Below, in pieces: positions 1-15,329 of a stretch of 64,000 nucleotides of DNA. The notes beneath the pieces were generated by a model that was not told the origin of the DNA, ran no database searches, and saw nothing but the letters and a program-made list of their open reading frames with translations. This DNA is from Eledone cirrhosa (Eukaryota). The translations under genes were made by a program, and so were the position numbers. How positions within the stretch are numbered: the first letter of the stretch is position 1; the number at the start of each line of letters is the position of its first letter. Location of the stretch: the NCBI GenBank assembly GCA_964016885.1, contig OZ024742.1, forward strand, positions 334,924,001 through 334,988,000, written 5' to 3'.

Positions 1-116
1 ACAGATAGATAAATAAATAGATAGATAGATAGACTTCCACGTAGGTACACTTGTGAAGATAAGTGTTCCTATGTTTATATATAATAACTTATACTGTCTA
101 TCTATATAATCTGAAG

Positions 117-158
<42 letters not shown>

Positions 159-165
159 TGTGTGA

Positions 166-209
<44 letters not shown>

Positions 210-245
210 CGTAAATATGTACGCATATGTTAGTAGATATACTAA

Positions 246-447
<202 letters not shown>

Positions 448-883
448 TGGTTCTGTTTGTATGTATCTAGCCACCATCCACGCAATGGCGCCGTTCCAAG
501 CTGGAAAGTTGCTTTATTCTCGCATTACTTTAGATACCCGCTGTTGAAAAGTCTTTTATTTATACTGTCCCTTGTCTCCAGGGTCTAGCAATTCTTTACA
601 ACGTTTGTAATTGTTATATATAAACACCGACTTCTGCAAACTCTCGCATTCTCATACTGATGAACTCAGACCAACATATTAAGGCAGGAATACGTGTGAA
701 TACAGTTACACACTCACAACAACGCATACCAACACACAATGATGCAAATACAGGCACACAAACACACACTAACACATACACATACATAGATGAAGAAAAT
801 TAGTATAAAGTATACATAACACACTTTCATATGTCTTAACAACACTTTCATATGTCCAGGTTTAGCGCAAACATATGACTGTG

Positions 884-924
<41 letters not shown>

Positions 925-1101
925 AGTGTATATATATACATATATATATATATATAAATACATATATGTGTATATATAAACATATAAATATATAAAAACA
1001 TATATGTGTGTGTGTATATACATATACATATATATATATATTTATTTATTTATATACATATATATATACACACATATATATATACACATATATATATATA
1101 T

Positions 1102-1138
<37 letters not shown>

Positions 1139-1617
1139 TATCATATGTATATATATACATATATATCATATGTATATATATACATATATATTTGTATATA
1201 CGTATATATTTATACAGACACAGACACATATATATGTGATATATATATATATAGACATACACAGACACACATACACACACACACACATATATATATATAT
1301 ACATATAAACAACAAAGAGAAAGACATGAAAACAGACACAATTTAATACAAACACATACACACCCATACACACACATACACACACATATATATATACATG
1401 TGTGTGTGTGTGTGTTTGTGTGCTTGTGTGTGCGTGCGTGTGAAGCTTGCATGTGTGTGTGTACCTTTATACGTATGAGTGAAAATGTGTCTGTTTGATG
1501 CCTATGTATATACACACACTTCATCATACACACTTGATACTCAAAATATTTATTTCATGGACATTCTTCTATTGACACGCATATATATATAGCTATACCA
1601 ATCGCTCTCTCTATATG

Positions 1618-1655
<38 letters not shown>

Positions 1656-1689
1656 ACACAGAGAGAGATAGAGAGGCAGGAGAAGGCCT

Positions 1690-1790
1690 ACGGCATAATG
1701 GTTAGAGTGCTGTACACACGATTGTAGTTTCGATTACTAGGCCGTGCAGTGCGTTGTGTCCTTGATCAAAGTACTTTATTTCACCTTGCC
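1690..1790 (+). mobile_element. tRNA-derived SINE fragment (second SINE family)
   Basis: A-box-like GGCATAATGGTTAG and B-box-like GTTTCGATTAC, followed by GCGTTGTGTCCTTGATCAAAGTACTTTATTTC. A related, longer copy lies at 40030-40325. Confidence 0.6.
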
Positions 1791-2091
1791 TCTTCTGCCA
1801 GGAGTTACGGACGGCACATGATATCAAGAATGGTAACACTAATTGAAACATTGTTTCTTTGATCCGACCTAACGAGTGGCACTTTTTCTTTTATATATAG
1901 ATAAACACACATACAGAAGACAGAATGCACACCTACCAATTTTACCCCTTCGGCATACACACAGCCGCACCCATGACACACCTATGACACATCTGGACCC
2001 TCCACCTCGCCCCCTACCATCCCAACGTTCTAAACAACATTTTTCAAACTTTCATGTTCTTGCCTGTTCTCTCCAAATCCGAACTCTCCAT

Positions 2092-2125
2092 TTCCTGACG
2101 AAAGACATCCGTCCGAAGCATTGAA
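2092..2125 (+). ncRNA. Degenerate minimal type I hammerhead in a PLE-like terminal fragment (family F)
   Basis: ttc-CTGACGA-aa-gac-atcc-gtc-c-GAAG-ca-TT-gaa (GAAA changed to GAAG). The downstream ACCTCC(T)ACCACTTCT is shared with 22495-22550, which has CTAAAGA...gtcc-GAAA. Both copies end at (TA)n. Confidence 0.45.
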
Positions 2126-2237
2126 CCTCCTACCACTTCTAACCCTCCTATTTAGACCTGGTTCGACGACTTTGTACTTTTGCATACCTGTGTTTGTTTT
2201 GTTTTATTTGTTCAACGATATATATATATGTGTGTGT

Positions 2238-2281
<44 letters not shown>

Positions 2282-2293
2282 ATGTGTGTGTAT

Positions 2294-2356
<63 letters not shown>

Positions 2357-2362
2357 CGCGTG

Positions 2363-2425
<63 letters not shown>

Positions 2426-2698
2426 ACGCACACACACACACACGCGCGCGTGCATGCACGCACGTTAATAACAATAGTTGTGCGATTTTCTATCGACTTT
2501 TAGTATTTGTCAACTTTCTGATAGATTAGATGATCATATGAAAAATATATTTATACATACAGAATATATATATATCTAAATAACTAGAATATATTTCCAT
2601 ATATATACGTCCATACACACCAATATATATATATATGTATATATATTAGCATTGAGTTAGACCGAGGAGAATTAGTATATATATATGTGTGTGTGTGT

Positions 2699-2847
<149 letters not shown>

Positions 2848-3270
2848 TGTGGCGGGGTTTGTGTGTCAGTAAATATATACATATATAGTAGTAAAATATA
2901 AAATATACCCCCACTACCTCACTGTTTACGTTTATGAAAAAAATCTCCATTTTTTTTCTTGTGACTATATTGTTTGTTTGTTTCTATTATATCTCAGTAT
3001 TGGATGCACTATTCTTTGTACTACATTGAAGTGGTAAGGTGACACTCAGTGAGTGTAAACAATATATCCCATTAGTGGGTATTTAGGAAGCACTAGGAAA
3101 CATCCTCCTGCCACGCCATTATTGTCCTCTCACATAGATAGTAACACTTGTTAACGTAGAGTCATTTCTTATGATCATACAACGACTCCATTCTCGCTGT
3201 TTCTATCATTGCATGTCATGCTTCGTAGATTCTTCTTATTTGCCTGTGTATGCCATATACACACACACAC

Positions 3271-3308
<38 letters not shown>

Positions 3309-3474
3309 ACGTACATACATATATGTGTACAGACGTACAGTAGTATGTATATATATACATACATGCACACATATATATATGTACGTATGGGTTTACCGAA
3401 CATTTATTATAATGTTCAGTTTGTTTGTATCAGCCGTACTAAGAGTGAGAAATGAAATTTCGTTTCATTCTCTT

Positions 3475-3509
<35 letters not shown>

Positions 3510-3783
3510 TATATATGTACATATACATACACATATGTGCATATATATGTATATATATATGTGTGTGTGTGTGTATATATATATATACATATATATATAT
3601 GTGTGTCTGTGTGCGTGCGTGTGAGATGTATATATATATATAAAGAGACAATAAGAATGGCAGCTTTTTGTAAACTTTATTACATATTACAATTTGTTTC
3701 CATATCGATCAGCTCGGGTTTGATCATGAGATATATATATATATATGTGTGTATGTGTTTGTGTGCGCGCAAGCGTGAAATAT

Positions 3784-3884
<101 letters not shown>

Positions 3885-3915
3885 TACATATATATTTATA
3901 TATATATATATATAT

Positions 3916-4025
<110 letters not shown>

Positions 4026-4661
4026 TTCTCTGTGGGCAAATGTTTCTGTAATAGCGATAATACGCAGGTTTCTGTAATAGCGAGAAACAGTAGGTTTTGT
4101 TTTGTGTGTATTTAATTATATTAAGATTGTACTCCGTATATTTTTAATACAATGTATGAAAATGTGACTTTAGAAATACAGATCATTGGTAATGTCCTAC
4201 ATTGTTAACACTCTGATGTGCAATGGATAACTTGTCTCTATATAAGAGACCTGTTCAGAGGTTCAGGGTGCTGAACATAAATATAGGCCATCTAGAAATG
4301 GATGGGAGAGTATTTTTTACAAGTCACGAATTCAATGCAATCTGGAGTATTACAATCTATATAGGCTCAAACTCATGTTCTTCAACAAAACGCTTTATGG
4401 CACGTTACTTTTCAAGATAGGACTGGTAACCCCATCATTAAAAACCCGAGAAATCTATGAAATGTTACCTGGTTGCAGGCCAATTAAAACTTCATAGGTG
4501 TGAGTTGCAATAAAACATGGGTCAATGTATCACAAAATATACTCAACTAACTCAATGCAGCCTAAAAGAAGACTGTTATCATCATTGCATTCGATGGAGT
4601 TAATGGTTTGAAAAAAACATTCCAACTGCACCTTCGCTCTCAAAGTATGAAAAACGCCATT

Positions 4662-5047
<386 letters not shown>

Positions 5048-5054
<7 letters not shown>

Positions 5055-5228
5055 TTCAAAATATTAACAAATATAGACATTCGTGTGATCAAGTATATTT
5101 TATTATACATATTTCAGAGGTACTGAGCTGACGTACTGTTGAAGATAGCTCAGTACCTCTGAAATATGCATAATAAAATATACTTAATCACACGAATGTC
5201 TATATTTGTTAATATTTTGAATTAATAT
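5048..5228. repeat. Near-perfect ~80-bp-arm inverted repeat next to (TA)n, family A
   Basis: ATTAATTCAAAAT...GAGGTACTGAGCT / 17-nt spacer GACGTACTGTTGAAGAT / AGCTCAGTACCTC...ATTTTGAATTAAT. The right arm reads TTGAAGA...GAAA-TATGCA-TA-ATAAAATA, like the family C hammerhead. Confidence 0.9.
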
Positions 5229-5324
5229 TAATAACTCCGGGAAACCAAAATCCTGTGGAGTGCTTCTAATCTATTGTAAAACTTTATTCATTGATTTATT
5301 CATTGAACCTTGTTTAACCTTTAA

Positions 5325-5427
<103 letters not shown>

Positions 5428-7119
5428 AAACAAGATATATGCAGAGATAAAATAACATTGTTTTATCGCTTGTAGGAAAGGGAAAATGAAAATTTCAACG
5501 TATGGGACGTTGGCCATTTATCAGGAAAGAGCAAATATATATAGTTCAAGAATAAAGAAGACAAACACAGAGATGCAAACATACCAAGTCTTATTAGGTT
5601 CATTTTTGAGAAGACAAGGATAAGAGAAAAAGGAAGTATATAAATGTTTCAACGTATCGGACGTAGGTCTCTCACCAAGAAAGAGCAAAGTTCTGAGAGA
5701 GAGAGCGTTGGAAAGAGGCTGGAAATACATATTCATACATAGGCTAGATATCTCAACTGTCGATGTCAACAACCACCTCTTATGCACGTGGTTATTGATC
5801 GATCAGTGGATCTGGAGTTTTAAATCGGCTTCGATATATTCTAGGTTCAGTCGGTGAAAACAAAAATATCTGATGATAATGATGATTGTGAAATTGGTGG
5901 GGATAGTGGTGATGGTATTGGTGGTGGTAGTAGTGGTTGTAGCGATAATGGTGGAAGCTGGGGAATAGGTGATGGTGGGAAGGGACAGAATGGTGGTTGT
6001 GATAGTTGCATTTGTACGTTGGTGACGTTCGTGAGATTTTGAGTTGCGGTGATGTTAGTGATGGCTGTGGCGACTAGTACTTAACTACATCTACTTATAA
6101 TGTTCTTGGGTAGTGATTCCATTGAAGGTGGAAGCAGTGATTATGATATTGGTTCGGAAGTTGAAATGGGGAAGTTGGTAATGGTAACGGGTTTATTGTA
6201 CGCAACTACCGCAAGGCTCCCTCTTCTGTTAGTAGTGATGTTACTGGAGGTGGTAGTGGCGTTGATGTGGTTTGGCGATAAGCTATAATGTATATAGTTA
6301 TGGAAGTGATGTTGGCAGTGAAGAGTTATTGTAGTTGTATTTGTTATGGTGTCGTATCGATATTGAATGGCATCGAACGATGGCTTCGATACAGTGCAAT
6401 CTAAAGAATGAGATTGTCATCTCTGATTTAGAAGAATGATATTAAATTGGTTCAACAACGACAGCAATAACAACAAAAACAGCAACAACAACAACAATAG
6501 CAACAACAACAACACCAACTACAATAGCAACAACAAGACTAACAACACCAATGACAACAACAACACCAACAAAAATAACAACAACAACACCAACAACAAT
6601 AACAACAACAACAACACTAACAACAATAACAACAACCACTACAAAAACAATAACAACAACAACAACACCAACAACAATAACAACAATAATAATAATAAAA
6701 TATTAATACTATTAACAATATTGTTGTTGTTGTGGGGGTAGTTCCATTCGGTGAAAATCCCTACAATTTTCTGACGCGTTTTTGTTATGTTCTACTTTTA
6801 AAAATGGGGGCAAAGTTATTTTTTATTATTGTCATTGTTTAAAGAAATCATTATTTCCATTGTTGGTTCTGTTGTTGTTGCTGTTTCCTTGTGTGGTCAC
6901 AAGAGCAACATCAATCCAAAATATTAGAGTACGATATCAAACAAATTACATATATGTGTGTCTGTATGTGTGTATGTATATATCTATATATATGTGTGTG
7001 TGTGCGCGTGTGTGTGTGTATCTATATATATATATATGTGTGTGTGTGTATGCGTCTGTATCTATATATATATAGACATATATATATAGAGAGAGAGACA
7101 TATATATATACATGTGGGG

Positions 7120-7280
7120 GGCTTAGTAAAAGTCGACCTACAATATGAATGAGTTAGCAAAGCACTCGATAAGGGTGTCCTTAGAGTAATAACATACGTT
7201 TAAATAGCTTGACAAATTGAACATTGTGGTAGGCAAAACCTAGCACACAATACCAGAGCAACGAAAAAACTAACAGATAT
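7120..7280 (+). mobile_element. Fragment of family D element
   Basis: Reverse complement of 42380-42545 (GAGTTAGCAAAGCACTCGATAAGG...CATACGTTTAAATAGCTTGACAAAT). Confidence 0.75.
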
Positions 7281-7498
7281 ATATATATATATCTGTTAGT
7301 TTTGAGTTAAGGCTCTATTGATTTTTCCCTGAATTTCACTAAATTCTGTGGATGAATCTATGTCCTGATTCTTTTTGAATTGACTTTGAATTATTTTCCC
7401 ACATCTTACGTTAACTATTTTTCCATTTTGACGTTATAGTCACTTATATATTATGGAATACTGTTGGCTTCTTGCTCACAATAATTTCTATACTTTTC

Positions 7499-7597
<99 letters not shown>

Positions 7598-7806
7598 GAT
7601 AGAGAGAGAGAGAGCGAGAGAGGGAGATAGGGGGAGAGAGAGAGGTGAAATCCTGACCGTTGTTAATGGTTAAAAGCATCTAACCGGTATCTGGCAGATA
7701 TGGGGTTCGATTCCTCATAGCGACCGATACCAACTTCTTTTACTGTCTTCTTATGGACTCCATCCTACTTTTTAGCATCTCCCTTTTGAGCACATAATTC
7801 TTTATG

Positions 7807-8712
<906 letters not shown>

Positions 8713-8849
8713 AACATCATCATCAAATAAAATAAAATGATGCATGACATACTCTGACATAGTAGATGGTAAAGATTCAGTCATGGTATATATTATACAT
8801 ATATATATATATAGGCATACTTGATTAAAGATGACCTGTGGCTAAACAG

Positions 8850-8969
8850 TCACAACATTAAATACAGCAGCACCAGCAGCGGCAACATTAAATACAGCAG
8901 CAACAGCAACATAATCAACAAAAATAACAAAAACAACATCAACATCAACAACAACGCTAACACTAACAC

Positions 8970-9004
<35 letters not shown>

Positions 9005-9117
9005 TCAACAACATCAACAACACTAACACCATAAACAACAACATCAACAACACTAACACCATGAACAACAACAACAATATCAACATCAACAACACTAAGA
9101 TCATGAACAACAACACC

Positions 9118-9187
<70 letters not shown>

Positions 9188-9323
9188 TCACCAAAACAAC
9201 ATCACCAACACCACCGCCAACAACATCAACAACACCAACAACAACAATATCAACACCAACGCCAACAACATCACCAATACCAACAACAACAACAACACCA
9301 ACACCAACAACAACACCAATACT

Positions 9324-9357
<34 letters not shown>

Positions 9358-10500
9358 CCAACAACAACAACAACATCAACAACAACAAAAACAACAACAA
9401 CAAAACCAACACAAACAACAACAACAACAACAACATCGACAACACCAACAACAACAACACCAACAATAACAACAACAACAACAACAACATCGACAACACC
9501 AACAACAACATCACCAAAAACAACATCACCAACACCACCAACAACAACAACATCAACAACACCAACAACAACAACCACAACAACAACAACATCAACAACA
9601 CCAACAACAACAACACCAACAACAACAACGCCAACAACAACATTATCAACACCAATACCAACAACAACAACATCACCAACACCAACAATAACAACAACAC
9701 CAACAACAACATCACCAACACCAACAACAACAACATCACCAACACCAACAATAACAACAACACCAACAACAACATCACCAACACCACCACCAACATCAAC
9801 AACACCAACAACAACACCAACAACAACACCAACACCAACAGCAACAACATCACCAACAACAACAACAACAACACCAACAACAACAAGAACACCACCAACA
9901 ACACCAACAACAACACCAACAACAACACCAACACCAACAGCAACAACATCACCAACAACAATAACAACAACAATATCAACACCAACGCCAACAACATCAC
10001 CAATACCAACAACAATAACAACACCAACACCAACAACAACAACACAAATACTAACAACAACAACAGCAACAACAACAATAACAACAACACCAACAACAAC
10101 ATCACCAACACCAACAACAACAACATCACCAACACCAACAATAACAACAACACCAACAACAACATCACCAACACCACCACCAACATCAACAACACCAACA
10201 ACAACACCAACAACAACACCAACACCAACAGCAACAACATCACCAACAACAACAACAACAACACCAACAACAACAAGAACACCACCAACAACACCAACAA
10301 CAACACCAACAACAACACCAACACCAACAGCAACAACATCACCAACAACAATAACAACAACAATATCAACACCAACGCCAACAACATCACCAATACCAAC
10401 AACAATAACAACACCAACACCAACAACAACAACACAAATACTAACAACAACAACAGCAACAACAACAATAACAACAACAACAACAACAACAACAACAACT
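8850..10500 (+). repeat. Degenerate (AAC/ACC)n array with an internal 390-bp tandem duplication
   Basis: The marker CAACAAGAACACC occurs at 9881 and 10271. The array gives a mucin-like T/P ORF. Confidence 0.9.
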
Positions 10501-10584
10501 ACTGCCGACTAAAAGTGCAACATGTTGGAAATCTGTCAAATTTGTGAACAAAAAACAATGGAACTATAACATTGATGACAGGAA

Positions 10585-11350
10585 ATGCTGGTGGTGGTGT
10601 TGTTGGGTGGTGGTCATGGTGGTGGTGGTGTTGTTGGTTGGTGGTGGTGGTGGTGGTGGTGTTGGGTGGTGGTGTTGGTGGTGGTGGTGCTGTGTGGAGG
10701 TCGTGGTGGTGGTGGTGTTGTTGGGTGGAGGTGTTGGTGGTGGTGGTGTTGGGTGGTGGTGGTGGTGGTGTTGTTGGGTGGAGGTGTTGGTGGTGGTCGT
10801 GGTGTTGTGTGGTGGTGTTGTTGGGTGGTGGTGTTGTTGGGTGGTGGTGGTCGTGGTGGTGTTGTGTGGTGGTCGTGGTGGTGGTGTTGTTGTTGGGTTG
10901 TGGTGGTGGTGATGTTGGTGGTCGTGGTGGTGGTGGTCGTGTTGTTGTGTGGTGGTCGTGGTGGTCGTGGTGGTGGTGTTGTTGTGTGGTGGTCGTGGTG
11001 TTGTTGTTGGGTGGTGGTCGTGGTGGTAGTGGTGGTGGTCGTGGTGTTGTGTGGTGGTCGTGGTGGTGGTGCTGTTGTTGTGTGGTTGTCGTGGTGGTGG
11101 CGGTGGTGGTGGTGGTGGTAGTGTTGTGTGGTGGTCGTGGTGCTGGTGGTGGTGGTGGTGTTGTTGTTTTGTGGTGGTGGTGGTGGTGTTGTTGTGTGGT
11201 GGTGGTCGTGGTGGTGGTGTTGTTGTTGTGTGGTGGTCGTGGTGGGGCTGGTGCTGGTGCTGTTGTGTGGTGCTGTTGTGGTGCTGTTGTGTGGTGGTCG
11301 TGGTGGTGGTGTTGGTGGTGTTGGTGTGTGGTGGTGGCGGTGGTGGTAGT
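10585..11350 (+). repeat. Degenerate (GGT/GTT)n array
   Basis: Low-complexity trinucleotide tract. Confidence 0.9.
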
Positions 11351-11869
11351 GGTGGGGATGATGATAGTGGAGGGGAGGAGGATTATTGTGAAAGTTGGGG
11401 TGGAGATGGATAAGCGTAGAGATAGAAATCGTGATGATGATGATGACAGTGAGGAGGAGGAGAAGGTGAAGAAGGAGGGGTGGGGGAGGGGGAGGAGGGG
11501 AGAAGAAGAAGAAGAAGAAGAAGAAGAAGAAGAAGAAGAAGAAGAAGAAGAAGAAGAAGAAGAAGAAGATTATATTTCAATTGACATATACAATATGTAG
11601 ATCATGAAGGAGGACGCAGCCACATTTTGACAACCAAACATTTGAAAAAAATAATAAACAACGTTCGGCCTCCAGGAGACATGGTAGATTTTTGAGACTT
11701 ATTTTAGGGAAAAAGTAGCACCGGGAAATACGGTACCCTATATAATCAGCACTTAAAACACAACACAATTAACACAACATATTCTGCAATATTGTATATA
11801 TGTATAAACCCGTAAACCTGTGCGGTGTTTGTAAAAGCGTTGTCGTGGCATACCACGTTTCTTTGGCAT

Positions 11870-11933
11870 TTAAACCTGGTGGAGTCCATCTCACTCCAGA
11901 CCTGAACACAGCCGATTTCTTCTGGAAAGTACT

Positions 11934-11937
<4 letters not shown>
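11870..11937 (+). pseudogene. Possible tiny Tc1/mariner transposase relic
   Basis: Translation TPDLNTADFFWKVLE resembles the SPDLNPxDxxWxxLE motif; very short. Confidence 0.3.
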
Positions 11938-11988
<51 letters not shown>

Positions 11989-12518
11989 GAGATGAAGTGA
12001 GGAAGAATAGAGGAAGAATTGACTCAAGGACTTGACTACTACTTTATTTTATCGACCCTGAAAGAATGAAAGGCAAGGTTTTGAAGAGCGAAGAGCCGGA
12101 ACGAATATCGTAAAGTTTTCTATCCGATGTCCTAACGACTTTGCCAAGTCTCCACTCTACAAGATTAATACCCAATAATATAGCACAAATCACATTACAT
12201 TCACTATACACACCTTCTTCTCGCAGATCTAGCAACCATTCATTGGTTTATTGATAAACAGACAGGCACACAGACAGATATCAGACTGACATGATGGGGA
12301 CAGCGGTGACTGAGCGTAGATTTTCTCTAAATAACAGTTAAAACGTAATAAGTTTATATACGAAATCTTTTGCTAAGTATTATAGTTCTGTATGCATGTG
12401 TGTGTGTGGGGGGGAGGATGTGTGTGTCTTCATTGGCCTGTTGATACTGCTGATACTCATGTTGTTGTGTAGCCCTAGGTCAGACTTGATCAAGCCCCGT
12501 AAATATTTGATCGAATAA

Positions 12519-12711
12519 TAATTGTTTCTACTTTTGGCACAAGGCTAGCAAGTACTCAGTGTATTACTGGTACTTTCTTTTATCGACCCCGTAACGATGA
12601 CAGGCAAAGTTAACCTCGACGAGATTTGAACTCAGTCCGTAAAGGGACGTAACTCTATGTTGCAAAGCATGGCGTTCTACTTTCTACCGATACTGTCAAT
12701 AACCCCGCCCT
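12519..12711 (-). mobile_element. Deu/Nin-domain-like tRNA SINE with target-site duplication
   Basis: Core GAGGTTAACTTTGCCT(T/G)TCATC...GGGGTCGATAAAA...AAGTACCAGT; TSD TTGATCGAAT(A/G)ATAAT on both sides. A partial copy lies at 12044-12160. Confidence 0.85.
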
Positions 12712-13241
12712 ATTGATCGAATGATAATGCAAGACCTACAGGTCCGTCTTCCATGCCCCATACCTCTACCCAACTGATGGCCATGCTGTACATTCAGACA
12801 TTTAGTGATGAACCATATGAGTTGCAGTTGTCTGAACAGATGGCAATCATACCACAGTCCAACCGATGCCTTTACCCTCGCAATTGACCTCTACAGGCAA
12901 GTCAGTGGACCCGGCCTGTGTGCGACAAGTGCTACTCTTCTGCACTTATATTTAGTATTGAGCACGCTGGCACAGACTTAGCGGCCACTAAGCCTATTGA
13001 TATTGCAGCTATTTTTCTGTGTATGTATTTACATATTTCGATTGTCTGACAGGTAGGGTTTCTTTTCTTCTTCCTTTCTTTTTTTTTTTTTTTTTTTTTT
13101 TTTTTGTTATTGAAGTGCTCTTGGAGTTTGGATCTGTGTTTTTATGTTGTGAAAGGGATTGTTATATTAAAGCTTGTTTCGGCAACACATTGCACCCCTC
13201 GCATGTTCTGAGATATTTCATTTGTATTGTATTTATTTCAC

Positions 13242-13350
13242 AAATCCCGCCGAGGTTGACTTTGCCTTTCATCCTTACGGGGTCGATAAAATAAAGTACC
13301 AGTAATGCACTGAGTAATTGGTGGCCTTGTGCCAAAAGTAGAAACAATTA
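13242..13350 (+). mobile_element. 5'-truncated copy of the same SINE
   Basis: AAATCCCGCCGAGGTTGACTTTGCCTTTCATCCTTACGGGGTCGATAAAATAAAGTACCAGT...GCCTTGTGCCAAAAGTAGAAACAATT. Confidence 0.85.
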
Positions 13351-13552
13351 TATTTATTTCATTATGTCGTAGGTCTGTGAGTGTGATCTGATATAGGCCA
13401 GATATAAATGCCGTGAACTGTGTTGTTCTTTGTAGTTTATTGTGCAGTGCTATGAGGACCAGGTAGGCCTAAATTATTCCATGATAGATATAACCTATTA
13501 TTTGTATACCATTGTTGTTGTTTCTGTTGTCCAAATGTAGTGTTTGGTAGTG

Positions 13553-13604
<52 letters not shown>

Positions 13605-14639
13605 GTGCGTCTGTATTGTTTTGCTTTCTGTACAATGTCTTATATGTGTTTTGAATTATGATGAGGATATATATATGTAACTCTTAGTATGTTTGTCTTA
13701 GATGTATGTGTGGTATGGTTATAGCGTTGAACATGATAGCTGGTTGTATTTGATGTTCTCTGATATTACTTGTAAGAATGAAGAAATTGAATTTTGTAGA
13801 AGACATTTCATGTTTGTTGGGGAATCGCCTTCTTGGTGATTTAATTTGTGGAGCTATACAGCAGTGTCTGTAGAATAGTTACAAGGCGTGAATCTCGACA
13901 CAAAATGTCAGCCAAAGCTTTAAATATTATTCTACTGTCTTAAAGATGGTTAAATATTCAGAACAAAAAAGAATAATTCTGAATATGATATTCCAGAAAA
14001 GACTGGCTGATCATGGCTAGAATGCTTGTCAAACGATATATTCACGATTAAAAGAAATAGTTGTCCCAGTACATGCGAATACAGAGAGGGGAAAACCATG
14101 AACTACAATCCTGCATAAATCTACCTCTACAATCTCTACTAAAAAAATGTCTTATAATATTTACAAATAATTTTCACAGATATTAGAAAACAACACAATT
14201 TACAAAAATTCCAGAAAAGTATACACTTTTACGGGGAAAATAATGACTTCAATAACAACAGCAACAATAGAGACAAGTACTGAGGTTATCTCCTTTCAGA
14301 ACCTAACAGATCCAGACAGAATACATTTTAAAATAATCGGTTCACATGCAGAAATATACTTCGTGGGCATCCCATAAAAAATCTTAAAATAAATGGCAGG
14401 AAAATCACTTTTATAGAACTATTGTGTCGTCAAGTATGAAACTTATAGAAAAAAACAGTTGACCATATGCCTCCCTACAAATTTCATACTTGACGACCCA
14501 ATCAATAAAAGGTAGGTCAGTAAAAGGTCGCTGAACTTCTTAGAAATAACAGACAAATCACAAGATACTGTTTTGCAATAAGTAAATGACATCCTGAATA
14601 ATATAATCCTAGATATATTCTTTAAAAGACAATTAAATG

Positions 14640-14880
14640 TCACAGGAAATAATTGCTGGACAGATTTTACGGGCAAAATTAACGGGCAGGAAACCCAGGG
14701 GTAGACCTCGAGCAAAATGGTTAGATAACATCCTTACTGGAAGGAGTGTTTGAGGACTCCGCCCAAGGGACTTTCAAAAAAAGGTGGGCGAAGAAGAAGG
14801 AGAAGAAGAAGAAGAAGAAGAAGAAGAAGAAGAAGAAGAAGAAGAAGAAGAAGAAGAAGAAGAAGAAGAAGAAGAAGAAG
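14640..14880 (+). mobile_element. 3' end of an RTE-clade LINE with a (GAA)n tail
   Basis: GKING...GRPRAKWLDNI (with a frameshift) matches the RTE C-terminal RGRPRxRWxDxI motif and is followed by (GAA)n. Confidence 0.6.
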
Positions 14881-15329
14881 ATACAAACACACATACAAAC
14901 ATACACAGTTTTAATTTAAAGGTTTTATACATAAAGATGTTATAGACCAACTATGCTATTAGAGACACTCTACCCCCATTCAGCATTGCACACATCTGTT
15001 TGTGTCTGTCTCTGTATGTCTGTTTGTTTGTCCATCTAAGTGCCTATCTGTTTATGTATTTATGTCTATATCTGTCCGTCAGTCGTTCTAAGAGAGTGAA
15101 AAAGATAGGGAGAAATAGTGAAGGAGTGATGGCTATATATTCGGAGAAACCACGTGACTACTAGCAGTGTTTACTACTAGTTCTTGCAACCGGCGGCGGC
15201 AGAACGAAAACTTGTTGACGAAGTAAATTCCACTGTTCATCTTCCAAAGACCAATTAACTTTCAGGCCCCTACTAATGGATTTTGTTGATTTCGGATTTA
15301 TAGAAACCTAGTGGAGATATTATATAATA

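Noticed and set aside
4223-4640. IYIGSNS..KRF as a second GIY-YIG relic
   Set aside because: Only a short motif; downstream conserved residues could not be recovered.
7650-7740. tRNA-like sequence with GGTTCGATTCC
   Set aside because: No cloverleaf; at most a decayed SINE head.
8821-10512. 563-aa mucin-like Asn/Thr/Pro ORF
   Set aside because: Degenerate (AAC)n array with a TTG start and an internal register shift from poly-N to poly-T; no splice or domain support.
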